64,000 bases of DNA from an uncultured Chloroflexia bacterium (GTDB taxonomy: Bacteria > Chloroflexota > Limnocylindria > Limnocylindrales > CSP1-4): positions 1,336,225-1,400,224 of the forward strand of contig CAVVHT010000009.1 in the NCBI GenBank assembly GCA_963748235.1, written 5' to 3'. Position numbers and translations under genes: made by a program. This document shows positions 10,095 to 20,274 of the stretch, piece after piece. Numbering within the stretch: the stretch's first letter is position 1; every line of letters begins with the position of its first letter. The notes below the pieces were generated by a model. That model was not told the origin of the DNA and searched no databases. It saw nothing but the letters and a program-made list of their open reading frames with translations.

Positions 10095-11132
10095 ATGAAT
10101 GGCTTTCGAGCGGCTGCCCTGAACAGCGGCAGCAGCCTTACCGGCTGGACCAACTTCGGCATCGGCGGCGGCATGGGCGTTGGCCTGCCGGCACCGTTCG
10201 ACGCGGTCGCGGGCAACCGACTTATCGGTCCGTCGGGCAGTCACCCGCTGGCCGCGATCTCGATGGAGGAGCTCGTCCAGCCGATGACCAACGGGCTGGT
10301 CGGCGAGTTCGCCATCAACGGCCCGGTGCGCATCGGCGAGGCGATCAGCGGCACGCTCAACGTGACGGCGCAGCGCGACATCTCGGCGCGCTCGGCGATG
10401 GTCCGACTGATCGGCGTGCTGATCACCGAGCAGCAACGCTCGAAGGAGGAGCGCGACAGCAAAGGAACCGTGACGCGCAGCGAGCAGTGGGTGCAGGTCG
10501 GCGGCGACACGTTCGAGGAGCTGCCCTTCAGCCAGCCGGCACTGCCGTTTCAGATGACGTCCGGCCAACAGTTCACGGCCGACTTCAACCTTCCCGCGCC
10601 ACGACTTGGCCCGGTGTCGGCGCACATGGGCAGCGCGATCCTGGCCTGGGCGCTTGAGGCGAAATGGGACGTCTCGATGGGCAGCGACGCACGCATCGCG
10701 ACGCTCGTGCCCGTCGCCCAGAACATCGACTACCTGCGTTCGGGGGCGGTGACACTCGCGCCCGGCGCGTTGTTCGACGCATGGCAACAGGGTGACGCCA
10801 CGATCTCCGTCACGCCTCTGCCGCCGATCGTGGCCGGCTCGGAAATCGACGTGACCGTCAACTGGCCGGGTGCCGGTTCCGGCCGCGGCGGCAGACTCGA
10901 GCTGCAGGCCGACGTCGAGGCGCCCAACGGACTCGGCGATCTCGTCCTCTGGTCGCAGGTGGTCGACCCCGCCGCTTTCCGAGGTGGCACAACATTCAAG
11001 ATCCAAGTCCCGGCCGACGCGCCGCCAACCCTGAGCGACAAGGGCGTCAGCGTGAATTACAAGATCCGCGCCCTGGTCGACCGTCAGCTCCGCTCCGACC
11101 TCGCCGTCGAGCGCAACCTCGCGGTGATGTAG
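10095..11132 (+). CDS. Hypothetical protein, two beta-sandwich (arrestin/SpoOM-like) modules
   Basis: Clean 345-aa ORF; GEAISGTL..F.LPAP and GSEIDVTV..IQVPADAPPT..YKIRALVD resemble arrestin-N folds. Confidence 0.6.
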   Translation: MNGFRAAALNSGSSLTGWTNFGIGGGMGVGLPAPFDAVAGNRLIGPSGSHPLAAISMEELVQPMTNGLVGEFAINGPVRIGEAISGTLNVTAQRDISARSAMVRLIGVLITEQQRSKEERDSKGTVTRSEQWVQVGGDTFEELPFSQPALPFQMTSGQQFTADFNLPAPRLGPVSAHMGSAILAWALEAKWDVSMGSDARIATLVPVAQNIDYLRSGAVTLAPGALFDAWQQGDATISVTPLPPIVAGSEIDVTVNWPGAGSGRGGRLELQADVEAPNGLGDLVLWSQVVDPAAFRGGTTFKIQVPADAPPTLSDKGVSVNYKIRALVDRQLRSDLAVERNLAVM

Positions 11133-11161
11133 CGCCGCCGCGCGAACAGCTCGTCGGCGGT

Positions 11162-11323
11162 TCAGTCACCACGCGACTGATAAGTCCGGCGAGTAAGCGA
11201 GCGGGCCTGAATCTCCCCGTTCCTCGGTCGTGCGATGCGCTGCGTGCATGATCTGGCCGCTGGAGCGGTGGCTGCGTCGTAGATCGAGTGCTCCGGCGGA
11301 CGTATCAGTCACCGGGCGACTTA
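11162..11323. repeat. Inverted pair of 26-nt internally palindromic units (REP/REPIN-like)
   Basis: TCAGTCACCACGCGACTGATAAGTCC (11162-11187) vs reverse complement of 11298-11323 TAAGTCGCCCGGTGACTGATACGTCC, 20/26 identical. Confidence 0.65.
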
Positions 11324-11330
11324 CGGCGGG

Positions 11331-12158
11331 CTACTTGAGGAGCATCTTCCCGAGGCGACGCGAGGCGAGGTAGGAGAACGCGAAGCCCATCACCAGCAGG
11401 TAAATAACGTCGATCACCTGCGAGATGCCGACCACGCCGGTGGTCAGGCCGCGGACGAGATCGACGCCGCGATACAGCGGCGAGAACTGGACGATCGTGC
11501 GCAGTGGCTCTGGAAACGTGTCGATCGGGAAGAACGTGCCGCTGAACAGGAACAGCGGCAGGGTGATGACGAAGAGCAGGTCGAGGTCCTGCCAGCTGCG
11601 CATGAACGTCGTTGCCGCGAGGCCGGCCGAGGCCGTTGCGAAGCCGATCAGCATCGACGCCGGCAGTGCCAGCACTCCCATCGGCGAGGGCACGAGCCCA
11701 AAGGCGAACATCACGGCCAGGAAGCCGAGGCCGTACAGCGCGCCGCGGCCCAGCGCCCAGATGATCTCTCCCAGCGCGATGTCGCCGACGTTCATCGGCG
11801 TGGCAAGCATCCCGTCGTAGGCCTTCTCGTAGCGCAACCGGAAGAACATGTTGGTCGAGTCGTACACCGCGCCGTTCATCGAGGCCGCGGCCAGCAGCGC
11901 CGGCGCAACGAATACCGCGTACGGGATCTGTGCTCCGTCCGGGCCGGTGACTGTGCCGATCAGCGCGCCAAGGCCGAATCCAATGCCGAGCAGGAAGAAG
12001 ACCGGTTCAAAGAAGCCCGAGAAGATGACCATCCAGCCGCGCCGGAAGATGAACCTGTTTCGCTCGAGGATATGGATCGAGTGACGGCTGCCGAAGGGCA
12101 GAACCCGGGTGACGCTGCTGCGCGAAGCGGACGGACGCGGGACCGACGGCGCGGCCAT
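11331..12158 (-). CDS. ABC-2 type exporter permease (NodJ-like)
   Basis: Six TM segments, PLFLFSGTFFPI, YDGMLATP. Confidence 0.9.
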   Translation of the reverse strand: MAAPSVPRPSASRSSVTRVLPFGSRHSIHILERNRFIFRRGWMVIFSGFFEPVFFLLGIGFGLGALIGTVTGPDGAQIPYAVFVAPALLAAASMNGAVYDSTNMFFRLRYEKAYDGMLATPMNVGDIALGEIIWALGRGALYGLGFLAVMFAFGLVPSPMGVLALPASMLIGFATASAGLAATTFMRSWQDLDLLFVITLPLFLFSGTFFPIDTFPEPLRTIVQFSPLYRGVDLVRGLTTGVVGISQVIDVIYLLVMGFAFSYLASRRLGKMLLK

Positions 12159-12964
12159 CAGACGACGAGCCTCTTGCGGAACGTGCGCATGGCCAGCCAC
12201 ACGCCGATGCCGAGCATCACGATCAGGTACGCGGCATGGATGCCGAGCACGGCCGGATCCTCGAGGTGGCCGATGGCCAGGCCGCGCGTCAGGGCGACGC
12301 CGTGGAAGAGTGGCGTGAGCCAGGCGATCGCCTCGAGGAAGTCGGGCAGCTGCTCGATCGGGAAGAACGTGCCACTGAACAGGAACAGCGGCGTGATGAT
12401 GAAGCGGAACACGAACGCGAAGGACTGTTCGGACTTACGCGACGCCGTCCAGGCGGCCATCGGCATGCCGAATGCGATACCGGTCAGGATCGCGGCCGGC
12501 CAGGCGAAGATGGCGGTCGGCGAGGTGAGCGCGCCGAAGATGAAGGCGACGATCAGGAACACGCCCGTGACGATCGTCAGCCGCACGATGAGCCAGTAGA
12601 GGTGGCCGATGACGATGTCGCGTACGCCCTGCGGCGTCTGGATCATCGCCTCGAAGGTCTTGTTCCACTTGAAGCCGGCGAAGAGAGGCCACGACGATTC
12701 CATCGTGCCGGTCTGCATCGCCTGAGCCGCAACCAGCCCCGGCGCCAGGAAGACGATGTACGGAACGCCACCGAACGTCGTCATCGTCGGCACGAGACTG
12801 CCCAGCGCGACACCCATCGCGGTCAGGTAGAGAACCGGCGAGACGATCGTGCCGAAGAACGTCCCGCGCCAGATGCGGCGGTAGACAAAGAGGCTGTGCT
12901 CGAGCTTGCGAACGCCCGGGACTCGGAACCCTGATTGCTCGGATCGAACGCTGATCGCAGTCAT
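12158..12964 (-). CDS. ABC-2 type exporter permease (NodJ-like)
   Basis: FLAPGLVA, PLFLFSGTFFPIEQLP; TGATG coupling to next gene. Confidence 0.9.
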   Translation of the reverse strand: MTAISVRSEQSGFRVPGVRKLEHSLFVYRRIWRGTFFGTIVSPVLYLTAMGVALGSLVPTMTTFGGVPYIVFLAPGLVAAQAMQTGTMESSWPLFAGFKWNKTFEAMIQTPQGVRDIVIGHLYWLIVRLTIVTGVFLIVAFIFGALTSPTAIFAWPAAILTGIAFGMPMAAWTASRKSEQSFAFVFRFIITPLFLFSGTFFPIEQLPDFLEAIAWLTPLFHGVALTRGLAIGHLEDPAVLGIHAAYLIVMLGIGVWLAMRTFRKRLVV

Positions 12965-12974
12965 CTCGGCGCGC

Positions 12975-13916
12975 CTATTCGACGAGGGATCTGCCGGTCA
13001 GACGGAGGAAGACGTCCTCGAGCGAGCTGCGCCGAACGAGCGTCGTCTCCGGTCGCAGGCCGCGCTCGTGCGCCGCGTTGGCGGCGGCCTCGCCGTCGAC
13101 GGCGTAGACCAGGACTCTGTCGGGCAGCCACTCGATGCGCTCGCCGAGGCCATCCAGCTGGCCGTTGAGCGTCTCCTGCACGCCGACTGGGAAGCGCAGC
13201 TCGAGTACCTCGCGCGTTGAGTACTGCTCGATCAGCGCACGCGGCGACCCCTCGGCCACGATCTTGGCCTTGTCCATGACGACCAGGCGGTCACACAGCT
13301 GCTCGGCCTCGTCCATGTAGTGCGTCGTCAGTACCAGCGTCGTGCCACCCTGCTTGAGCCGATAAAGCCGGTCCCAGACAAGATGCCGCGCCTGCGGATC
13401 GAGGCCCGTCGTGGGCTCGTCGAGCAGCAGCAGGTCAGGCTCGTTGATCAGCGAGCGGGCGATCGTGAGGCGGCGCTTCATGCCGCCGGAGAGTGGCTCG
13501 ACGAGGTCCTTGGCCCGGTCGCTGAGCTGCACGAATTCGAGCAGCTCCATCGCCCGTTTGCGCGCCTCGGCGTACGAGATGTCGAAGTAGCGGCCGTAGA
13601 TGAGCAGGTTCTCGAGCACGGTCAGCTCCGTGTCGAGCGTGTCGAGCTGGGGCACGACGCCGAGTCGGGCGCGAATGCTCGCACCGGCCTGGTCGGGGTC
13701 GTTGCCGAGCACCGTCAGATCGCCCGCGCTGCGCGGCGACACGGCAGCGATGATGCGCATCGTCGACGTCTTGCCGGCGCCGTTCGGCCCTAGGAAGCCG
13801 AACAATTCACCGGGTGCCACGTCGAAGTCGATGGCGTCCACCGCGGTGAACTCGCCGAAGCGCTTGGTCAGTCCGCGGGCGCGAATAAGCGGCGCGGTTT
13901 CGCCGGAATCGGGCAT
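12975..13916 (-). CDS. ABC exporter ATP-binding protein (NodI/DrrA-like)
   Basis: GPNGAGKT Walker A, LSGGMKRR signature, LLLLDEPT Walker B. Confidence 0.93.
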   Translation of the reverse strand: MPDSGETAPLIRARGLTKRFGEFTAVDAIDFDVAPGELFGFLGPNGAGKTSTMRIIAAVSPRSAGDLTVLGNDPDQAGASIRARLGVVPQLDTLDTELTVLENLLIYGRYFDISYAEARKRAMELLEFVQLSDRAKDLVEPLSGGMKRRLTIARSLINEPDLLLLDEPTTGLDPQARHLVWDRLYRLKQGGTTLVLTTHYMDEAEQLCDRLVVMDKAKIVAEGSPRALIEQYSTREVLELRFPVGVQETLNGQLDGLGERIEWLPDRVLVYAVDGEAAANAAHERGLRPETTLVRRSSLEDVFLRLTGRSLVE

Positions 13917-14013
13917 CGAGTGATGGTAGCGCGGGCTGAGTTTTGCGCCCTTTGAGGCATCAGCCGGCCTGAAACGGCAATCGGCCGGCTCGTCATCGCG
14001 CACAATGGCGAGC

Positions 14014-14517
14014 GTGAGGGTTTCCGCCAAGGCCGACTATGCAGTTCGGGCAGCCGCCGAGCTTGCCGCCGCGAGCGGCGTCCGGCCGTTGAAGCGCGAG
14101 CAGATCTCGGCCGCGCAGAACATCCCGTCGAAGTTCCTCGAGACGATCATGCTCGAGCTCAAGCACGCCGGCATCGTCAAGAGCACGCGCGGCGCCGGGG
14201 GCGGCTACGCCCTGGCACGGCCGGCGGCGGAGATCAGCGTCGCGGACGTGATTCGCGCCGTCGATGGGCCGTTGGCCAACGTGCGCGGCGAGCGCGTCGA
14301 GACGGTCGAGTACAGCGGCGCCGCGTACGCGCTGCGCGACGTGTGGGTGGCAGTGCGCGCCAGCCTGCGCCGCGTGCTCGAGACGACCAGCCTGCAGGAC
14401 CTGGTCGATAACCACCTGCCCGAGCGGGTGCGCGATCTGACGGCCGACCCCGAGGCCTGGATATCGCTCAACCGCCGGCGTCGATCACCAGCTGCGGCGG
14501 ACGACGCCGAGGGCTGA
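14014..14517 (+). CDS. Rrf2 family transcriptional regulator (no Cys ligands)
   Basis: SAKADYAVRA, VKSTRGAGGGYALARP, VIRAVDGP; no cysteines. Confidence 0.9.
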   Translation: MRVSAKADYAVRAAAELAAASGVRPLKREQISAAQNIPSKFLETIMLELKHAGIVKSTRGAGGGYALARPAAEISVADVIRAVDGPLANVRGERVETVEYSGAAYALRDVWVAVRASLRRVLETTSLQDLVDNHLPERVRDLTADPEAWISLNRRRRSPAAADDAEG

Positions 14518-14524
14518 CCGGAGG

Positions 14525-16474
14525 TCAGACCTCCTTGAACTCGCCCTCGACGGCCTCCTCGGCATCGGCGCCAGCGCCACTCTCGGCTCCGGCCTCACCG
14601 GCATCGCCGGCGGCCTCGTCCGAGGGGCCGGCGCCATTGGCGCCGTCAGCCGGAGTGCCCGTCGCCTGGTAGGCGGCGGTGCTCACCTTCTGCAGCGACG
14701 AGGCCAGCTCGGTCGAGCGTGACCGGATCGCCTCGAGATCGTCGCCCTTGAGGGCCTCACGCAGCGAGGTGACCTTGGACTCGACGTCGGTACGATCCTC
14801 GGCCGAGACCTTTTCGCCCAGGTCGCGCAGAGTGCGCTCGGCCTGGAACGCGAGAGCATCAGCCTGGTTGCGTGTCTCCACCTCGTCGCGCCGCTTGCGG
14901 TCCTCCTCGGCGTGCTCGGACGCATCGCGAACCATCTTGTCCACGTCGTCCTTGGAGAGCATCGACGAGGCCGTGATGCGTACGGTCTGCTCGCGCGACG
15001 TGGCGCGATCCTTGGCACGAACGTCGAGGATGCCGTTGGCGTCGATGTCGAAGGTGACCTCGACCTGCGGTACTCCGCGAGGCGCCGGCGGGATCCCGTC
15101 GAGGATGAAGCGGCCGAGCGTCTTGTTGTCGCCGGCCATCTCGCGCTCGCCCTGCAGGACGTGGATCTCGACCTGCGGCTGGTTGTCAGACGCGGTCGAG
15201 AAGACCTGTGACTTGCTGGTCGGGATGGTCGTGTTGCGATCGATCAGCCGCGTCATGACGCCGCCGAGCGTCTCGATGCCGAGCGACAGTGGTGTCACGT
15301 CGAGCAGCAGCACGTCCTTGACGTCGCCGGCGAGCACGCCCGCCTGGATCGCGGCGCCAATGGCCACGACCTCGTCCGGGTTGACGCCCTTGTGCGGCTC
15401 CTTGCCGCCGAACATCTTCTTGACCGCCTCGACGACGGCCGGCATTCGCGTCTGGCCACCAACGAGGATGACCTCGTCGATGTCGCCGGGCTTGAGGCCG
15501 GCATCCTTCAGCGCCGCCTCGACCGGACCCCGAGTGCGATCGACCAGGTCCGCGACCAGGTCTTCGAGCTTGGCCCGCGAAAGGGTCATCACGAGGTGCT
15601 TGGGGTTCTTGTCGGCGTCGATGGTGACGTAGGGCAGGTTGATCTCGGTTTGGGCGGTCGAGGAGAGCTCGATCTTGGCCTTCTCGGCCGCTTCCTTGAG
15701 TCGCTGCAGCGCCTGCTGGTCCTTGGACAGGTCGATGCCCTGGTCCTTCTTGAACTCAGTCAGCATCCACTCGATCACGCGCTGGTCGAAGTCGTCGCCG
15801 CCAAGGTGGGTGTCGCCGTTGGTCGCCTTGACCTCGAAGACGCCGTCGCCCAGCTCGAGGATCGAGATGTCGAACGTGCCGCCGCCCAGGTCGTAGACCG
15901 CGATCTGCTCATCCTTCTTCTTGTCCAGGCCGTAAGCGAGCGCGGACGCTGTCGGCTCGTTGATGATTCGCTTCACGTCCAGGCCGGCGATGCGGCCGGC
16001 GTCCTTGGTCGCCTGGCGCTGGGTGTCGTCGAAGTACGCGGGCACGGTGATCACCGCCTCGGTGATCTTCTCGCCCAGGTACGCCTCGGCGTCCGACTTG
16101 AGCTTCTGCAGGATCATCGCGCTGATCTCGGGCGGGGTGTAGCCCTTGCCGTCCGAGAGAGCGACCCTCACTCCGTCGCTGGTCGAGTCCTTTTCGACCT
16201 TGTACGGCATCAGCTCGCCGCTGCGCTTGACCTCCGGGTCGTCCCAGCGACGGCCCATGAAGCGCTTGATCGAATACACGGTGTTGGCTGGGTTGGTGAT
16301 TGCCTGGCGCTTGGCCACCTGGCCCACCAGCCGCTCGCCGTTCTTGGTGAAGGCGACGACCGACGGAATGGTCCGTCCGCCTTCGCTGCTTGGGATGACG
16401 GTCGGCTCGCCGCCCTCCATGACTGCTACGACCGAGTTGGTCGTGCCAAGGTCGATACCGATGATCCTGCCCAT
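14525..16474 (-). CDS. dnaK: Chaperone DnaK
   Basis: [40 protein letters not shown]. Confidence 0.99.
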   Translation of the reverse strand: MGRIIGIDLGTTNSVVAVMEGGEPTVIPSSEGGRTIPSVVAFTKNGERLVGQVAKRQAITNPANTVYSIKRFMGRRWDDPEVKRSGELMPYKVEKDSTSDGVRVALSDGKGYTPPEISAMILQKLKSDAEAYLGEKITEAVITVPAYFDDTQRQATKDAGRIAGLDVKRIINEPTASALAYGLDKKKDEQIAVYDLGGGTFDISILELGDGVFEVKATNGDTHLGGDDFDQRVIEWMLTEFKKDQGIDLSKDQQALQRLKEAAEKAKIELSSTAQTEINLPYVTIDADKNPKHLVMTLSRAKLEDLVADLVDRTRGPVEAALKDAGLKPGDIDEVILVGGQTRMPAVVEAVKKMFGGKEPHKGVNPDEVVAIGAAIQAGVLAGDVKDVLLLDVTPLSLGIETLGGVMTRLIDRNTTIPTSKSQVFSTASDNQPQVEIHVLQGEREMAGDNKTLGRFILDGIPPAPRGVPQVEVTFDIDANGILDVRAKDRATSREQTVRITASSMLSKDDVDKMVRDASEHAEEDRKRRDEVETRNQADALAFQAERTLRDLGEKVSAEDRTDVESKVTSLREALKGDDLEAIRSRSTELASSLQKVSTAAYQATGTPADGANGAGPSDEAAGDAGEAGAESGAGADAEEAVEGEFKEV

Positions 16475-16476
16475 GG

Positions 16477-17097
16477 TCAGTTGATTCCTCCGGAGCTGAG
16501 ATTGCCGTTGCCGGCTGCGTTGTTCGTGTTGGTGTTGGCGTTGGTTTCATTGGGGTTGATCGCGACGGCGACCATCGCCGGGCGCAGGACGCGGTCGCGA
16601 ATGCGGTAGCCGCGCTGGAGCTCGGCAGTAACCGTGCCCTCGGGAACACTGTCCGACTCTTCGCGGACAACGGCCTCGTGTTGGTGCGGGTCGAAGGGCA
16701 GACCCAGTGCCTCGATCGGCACGAGCCCCTCCGAGTCGAGCAATAGGCGCAGCTTGCGGTCGATGGCGACGATGCCCTCGACCCAGCTCACGCTCTGTAG
16801 CTCAGGCGGCATGTTGGTGATGGCGCGGTCGAAGTCGTCGACGATCGCCAACAGCTTGGCCAGGAGCACCTCGTTGGCCAGCTCGACCATCTGCTCGCGG
16901 TCCTGGTCGGTCCGGCGCCGGTAGTTGGCAAAGTCGGCCGCGGTGCGCTGCCAGCCGGCCTTCGCCTCGGTCGCTTCCTGTTCGGCGGCCACGACCTGCT
17001 GGCGCAGCTCGTCGATCTCGGCGGTCAGCTTTTGCGGCGAGGTATCCAGCTCGGCGATGCGCTCTTCGGCGCGCGTCCGGCGGCGGGGTGTGTTCAT
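16477..17097 (-). CDS. grpE: Nucleotide exchange factor GrpE
   Basis: [36 protein letters not shown]. Confidence 0.97.
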   Translation of the reverse strand: MNTPRRRTRAEERIAELDTSPQKLTAEIDELRQQVVAAEQEATEAKAGWQRTAADFANYRRRTDQDREQMVELANEVLLAKLLAIVDDFDRAITNMPPELQSVSWVEGIVAIDRKLRLLLDSEGLVPIEALGLPFDPHQHEAVVREESDSVPEGTVTAELQRGYRIRDRVLRPAMVAVAINPNETNANTNTNNAAGNGNLSSGGIN

Positions 17098-18158
17098 CGG
17101 TACAACTGCTCCACGAGCTCATTCATCAGGCTGCTTACAAATCGGACGGTCCCAATCGCGTGCGGGTATGACATGCGCGTCGGCCCGAGTACGCCGACCA
17201 CGCCCATCGCGCGGCCGGGCTGGCCGTAGGTGGCGAGCACGAGGGAAACGTCCTGCATCTCGGTGGCGTCGTTCTCCGCGCCGATCAGCACCTCGACGTC
17301 TTGTGCGCTCGCCAGTCGCGGCACGAGCGAGCCGAGGTAGTCGCGGTTCTGCAGCACAGCGAACACGCGGCGCAGTTTCTCGCTCTGGCTGAACTCGGGC
17401 GCCTCCATGACGTTGAGCAGCCCATCGGAGAACACGTCCTCGACCGCGGCCGCATCGAACTCGCGCATCATCCGCTCGATCCGCTGTGCGGTACGCAGCA
17501 TCAATGTCGGAAGCTCCGGTTCGCCGCCGAGTGCCTCCACCCGCGTGGCGACCTCGCGAGCTGACTTGCCGGCGAATTCGTTGTTGAGCAACCGGGCGAT
17601 GTCGTCCAGCTCGAGCTGGTCGAAACCGTCCTCGAGCGGGATCAGCTCCTGCTTGACCGAGCCCTCGGCGAGCACTACGACCAGGCTCGCGGTATGTGCA
17701 CTGGTCGCGACCAGATCGACGTGGCGCAGCTTGCACGCGAGCGGCTTGGCCGGCGTGGCCAGGCCGGCGGCATGCGTCGCGCCGGCGATTGTCGCGGCTG
17801 CAAGGCGGAACCACTGCTCGCTGGCGAACTCGACCTGGCCGAACTGGTGGCGGATCATCAGCCGCTCGACCGGCGCCAAACTAATGCGCGGAGCGATCGA
17901 CTCGATGTACACCCGGTAGCCCGCATCGGTCGGCACGCGGCCCGCGCTGGTATGCGGATGGGTCAAGTAGCCGGCCTCCTCGAGATCGGCCATCGCATTG
18001 CGGATGGTGGCCGAGCTCACGCCGAGCCGATAGCGGTCGACCAGCGTCTGGCTACCGACCGGTTCGGCCGACCGTACGTATTCCTCGATGACTGCCCGCA
18101 GCACCGCCTGTGAACGGGTGTCGAGCGGGCGCGCAGAATGCTCGTGGCTTCGCGCCAT
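17094..18158 (-). CDS. hrcA: Heat-inducible transcription repressor HrcA
   Basis: EPVGS..SSATIRNAM..PHTSAGRVPT, GVLGPTRMSY. Confidence 0.97.
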   Translation of the reverse strand: MARSHEHSARPLDTRSQAVLRAVIEEYVRSAEPVGSQTLVDRYRLGVSSATIRNAMADLEEAGYLTHPHTSAGRVPTDAGYRVYIESIAPRISLAPVERLMIRHQFGQVEFASEQWFRLAAATIAGATHAAGLATPAKPLACKLRHVDLVATSAHTASLVVVLAEGSVKQELIPLEDGFDQLELDDIARLLNNEFAGKSAREVATRVEALGGEPELPTLMLRTAQRIERMMREFDAAAVEDVFSDGLLNVMEAPEFSQSEKLRRVFAVLQNRDYLGSLVPRLASAQDVEVLIGAENDATEMQDVSLVLATYGQPGRAMGVVGVLGPTRMSYPHAIGTVRFVSSLMNELVEQLYR

Positions 18159-18186
18159 GGCTTTGCGTACCTTGACCTTCGTTGCG

Positions 18187-18213
18187 TTAGCACTCTCATG
18201 GTTGGAGTGCTAA
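18187..18213. promoter_or_regulatory. CIRCE element (HrcA operator)
   Basis: Perfect TTAGCACTC-N9-GAGTGCTAA upstream of hrcA. Confidence 0.97.
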
Positions 18214-18225
18214 CCGTTGGCCCGA

Positions 18226-18254
18226 ATGTTACCGCGAGGAAAACACCGAGTCAA
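18226..18254 (-). promoter_or_regulatory. Housekeeping-sigma promoter of the hrcA-grpE-dnaK operon
   Basis: Minus strand TTGACT-17 nt-TAACAT immediately upstream of CIRCE. Confidence 0.8.
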
Positions 18255-18334
18255 CGCGACTACTGATCGTGCTGGATGCGTCCATCACCGGATCGATGTT
18301 GCGGAGAAGGCGGCGAGCCTGCTCATCCGGTGAG

Positions 18335-19741
18335 TCACTGAGGACACGGCGGCTGGTGGTCGTAAATCGCCTCGAGGACCGGGTCGCGATCGTCGAAGTA
18401 GTCGCTCGAGCTGAGCAGCGCCTCGATATCCGGCTCGATCGTCAGCCGCGGATCGTCAGGGTCGCTCTTAACGACATATTGAGCGGCGAATCGCACGATC
18501 GCGCCACTGTGCGCGAGATCAACCGGCCGTCCGTCGCCGTACTGGTTCGGGCTGGTGCCCAGGTCCTCGCCAACGAGTACCGCGTTTGTGCCTCGATCGA
18601 CGTCGGTCACGAAGTTGCCGGCGGCTGAGAACGTGGCCCGGCTCATTGCAACGTACGCGCCACACGTCAGCTCATCCGCCGCGCGCGCGACGAGGTCGAG
18701 GAGCGGCCCATACGTCGTGTTGTCGCCGCCGCCGTTGTGGCGGACGTCGACAACCATCCTGTCCACGTCGCCCGAGTCGACAATTCCCGACAGGTCATCG
18801 ATGTCGAAGTACAGGCCGGCGCCGACGGTGTTGTAGCCGACGAACAGCGTGCTGCTGCCCTCGTCCACCTCGAACCACACCTCGTCGTCGAAGTTGCTCA
18901 GCCACGGCGGACCGCCGGGCCGCGGCGGGACAGTCCAGAAGTAGTGTCCTCCGAGCAGCGACCCGACGCTGGACATGGGGACGGGCTCGAGGTCAGCTGT
19001 GATCTGCTCGCCGTCGCGGCTGAGCGTGAACTCGACCGCGCTGGTCGCCTCGGGGACGAAACCCAGCCCATGCAGGATGTTGGCGACGAGCAAGAACAGC
19101 GGGCTGCTGCTCAACACCTGCTGGTCGTTGTCGCGCGAGACGAGGGGTTCGATCGCGTTGAGCAACTCGTCGATGTCGTGGCCGGCGATCGAGTCAACGC
19201 GCGCGCCGACAAGGTCGCGATGCTCGGCGACGGCATCGGTCACGAAGACGCCGTCACTGAACCAGTACAACCGCAACGGGTACATGCTGGCTCCGTATTC
19301 GCCTTCGCCCCATGGGTACGTGCCGCCGTGGCCGTCGCGGCCGAATGAGTTGGGCAGTGCGGCCAGACGGGTGAGCTCGACGAACAGCTCGTCGTCGTTG
19401 AGTTCCGTTATGCGGGCAATCACGGTGTCAACCTCGGCGACGTACTCGTCGCGCGAAATGGAATGCCACGGGTTCGGGTGGATTTCCTCGCGGGCGCTGA
19501 TCAGCGTCTCGAGATCCGAGCGCCAGCCGGCCGTTCGTGGGTCGACAGGCAGCGACGACCTTGGGCTGGCGGCCGGAGTCGGGCCGGGGGTTGGCGTCGA
19601 TGCCGGCGTTGCCGGCGTACTGGTCGGCGTCCGCCCGGGCCTGACGGCCGGCTCCAACGTCTGAGTCGGAACGGCCGTCGCCTGACACGCGACGACGATC
19701 GTCATCAGCACAGCGAAGACGACGGCGGACGAGCCCTTCAT
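18335..19741 (-). CDS. S41-family peptidase-like lipoprotein
   Basis: Lipobox IVVAC, PT-rich linker, YPLRLYWF, DVRHNGGG, TFSAA, IEPDI. Confidence 0.72.
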   Translation of the reverse strand: MKGSSAVVFAVLMTIVVACQATAVPTQTLEPAVRPGRTPTSTPATPASTPTPGPTPAASPRSSLPVDPRTAGWRSDLETLISAREEIHPNPWHSISRDEYVAEVDTVIARITELNDDELFVELTRLAALPNSFGRDGHGGTYPWGEGEYGASMYPLRLYWFSDGVFVTDAVAEHRDLVGARVDSIAGHDIDELLNAIEPLVSRDNDQQVLSSSPLFLLVANILHGLGFVPEATSAVEFTLSRDGEQITADLEPVPMSSVGSLLGGHYFWTVPPRPGGPPWLSNFDDEVWFEVDEGSSTLFVGYNTVGAGLYFDIDDLSGIVDSGDVDRMVVDVRHNGGGDNTTYGPLLDLVARAADELTCGAYVAMSRATFSAAGNFVTDVDRGTNAVLVGEDLGTSPNQYGDGRPVDLAHSGAIVRFAAQYVVKSDPDDPRLTIEPDIEALLSSSDYFDDRDPVLEAIYDHQPPCPQ

Positions 19742-20208
19742 CCGGCGGCGCGCGCCTGCTGGGCTGTCATTTGGGCCGCGGCTTCATCTGCGGCACTGCC
19801 AATCTCGCCGAGCGCCCGGGTCAGGAACGCTTCATCAATCTCGAGCGCGGCGCGAAAGCGATCGTTTGCCTCGTTGAAGTGAGCCCCCGCCTGGCGATGC
19901 ACGGCCACGCCCGAATCGGTCAGTGCGAGGCTGAACGACCTGCCGTCTTGTGCCGAGCGCAGCCGCTCAGCATGGCCGCGCTCGAGCATCGCCCTGACGT
20001 AATGGGACATGGTGGTGGGCGGCATTCCAACCCGGCGCGCCAATCCGGTGGGTGGCGTAGGGCCATCGTCGAACAGCACGCTGTACACCGCGTACTCGTC
20101 GGGGGTGAGTGGCGAGCTCGCCATGGCCGTACCGAGCAGCACCTTGACGCGCTGGCCCATCGAGAAGACGTGCCACAGCAAAGACAGCTCTGAGTACGGC
20201 TGCTCCAT
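19738..20208 (-). CDS. MarR family transcriptional regulator
   Basis: LTPDEYAV..PTGLARRVG..DGRSFSLALT; stop overlaps peptidase start. Confidence 0.88.
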   Translation of the reverse strand: MEQPYSELSLLWHVFSMGQRVKVLLGTAMASSPLTPDEYAVYSVLFDDGPTPPTGLARRVGMPPTTMSHYVRAMLERGHAERLRSAQDGRSFSLALTDSGVAVHRQAGAHFNEANDRFRAALEIDEAFLTRALGEIGSAADEAAAQMTAQQARAAG

Positions 20209-20214
20209 CGCGGC

Positions 20215-20238
20215 AGATACTACCACTTGGTAGTATCT
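20215..20238. promoter_or_regulatory. Perfect 11-bp inverted repeat, probable MarR operator over its own -10
   Basis: AGATACTACCA-CT-TGGTAGTATCT; contains minus-strand TAGTAT 8 nt upstream of the MarR ATG. Confidence 0.75.
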
Positions 20239-20274
20239 CGTCCAGGAGTTCGCATTAGGCTACTCACGGTGCAG

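Noticed and set aside
14679-16609. Long plus-strand ORFs opposite dnaK and other housekeeping genes
   Set aside because: Antisense ORFs expected from GC-rich third codon positions; no protein motifs
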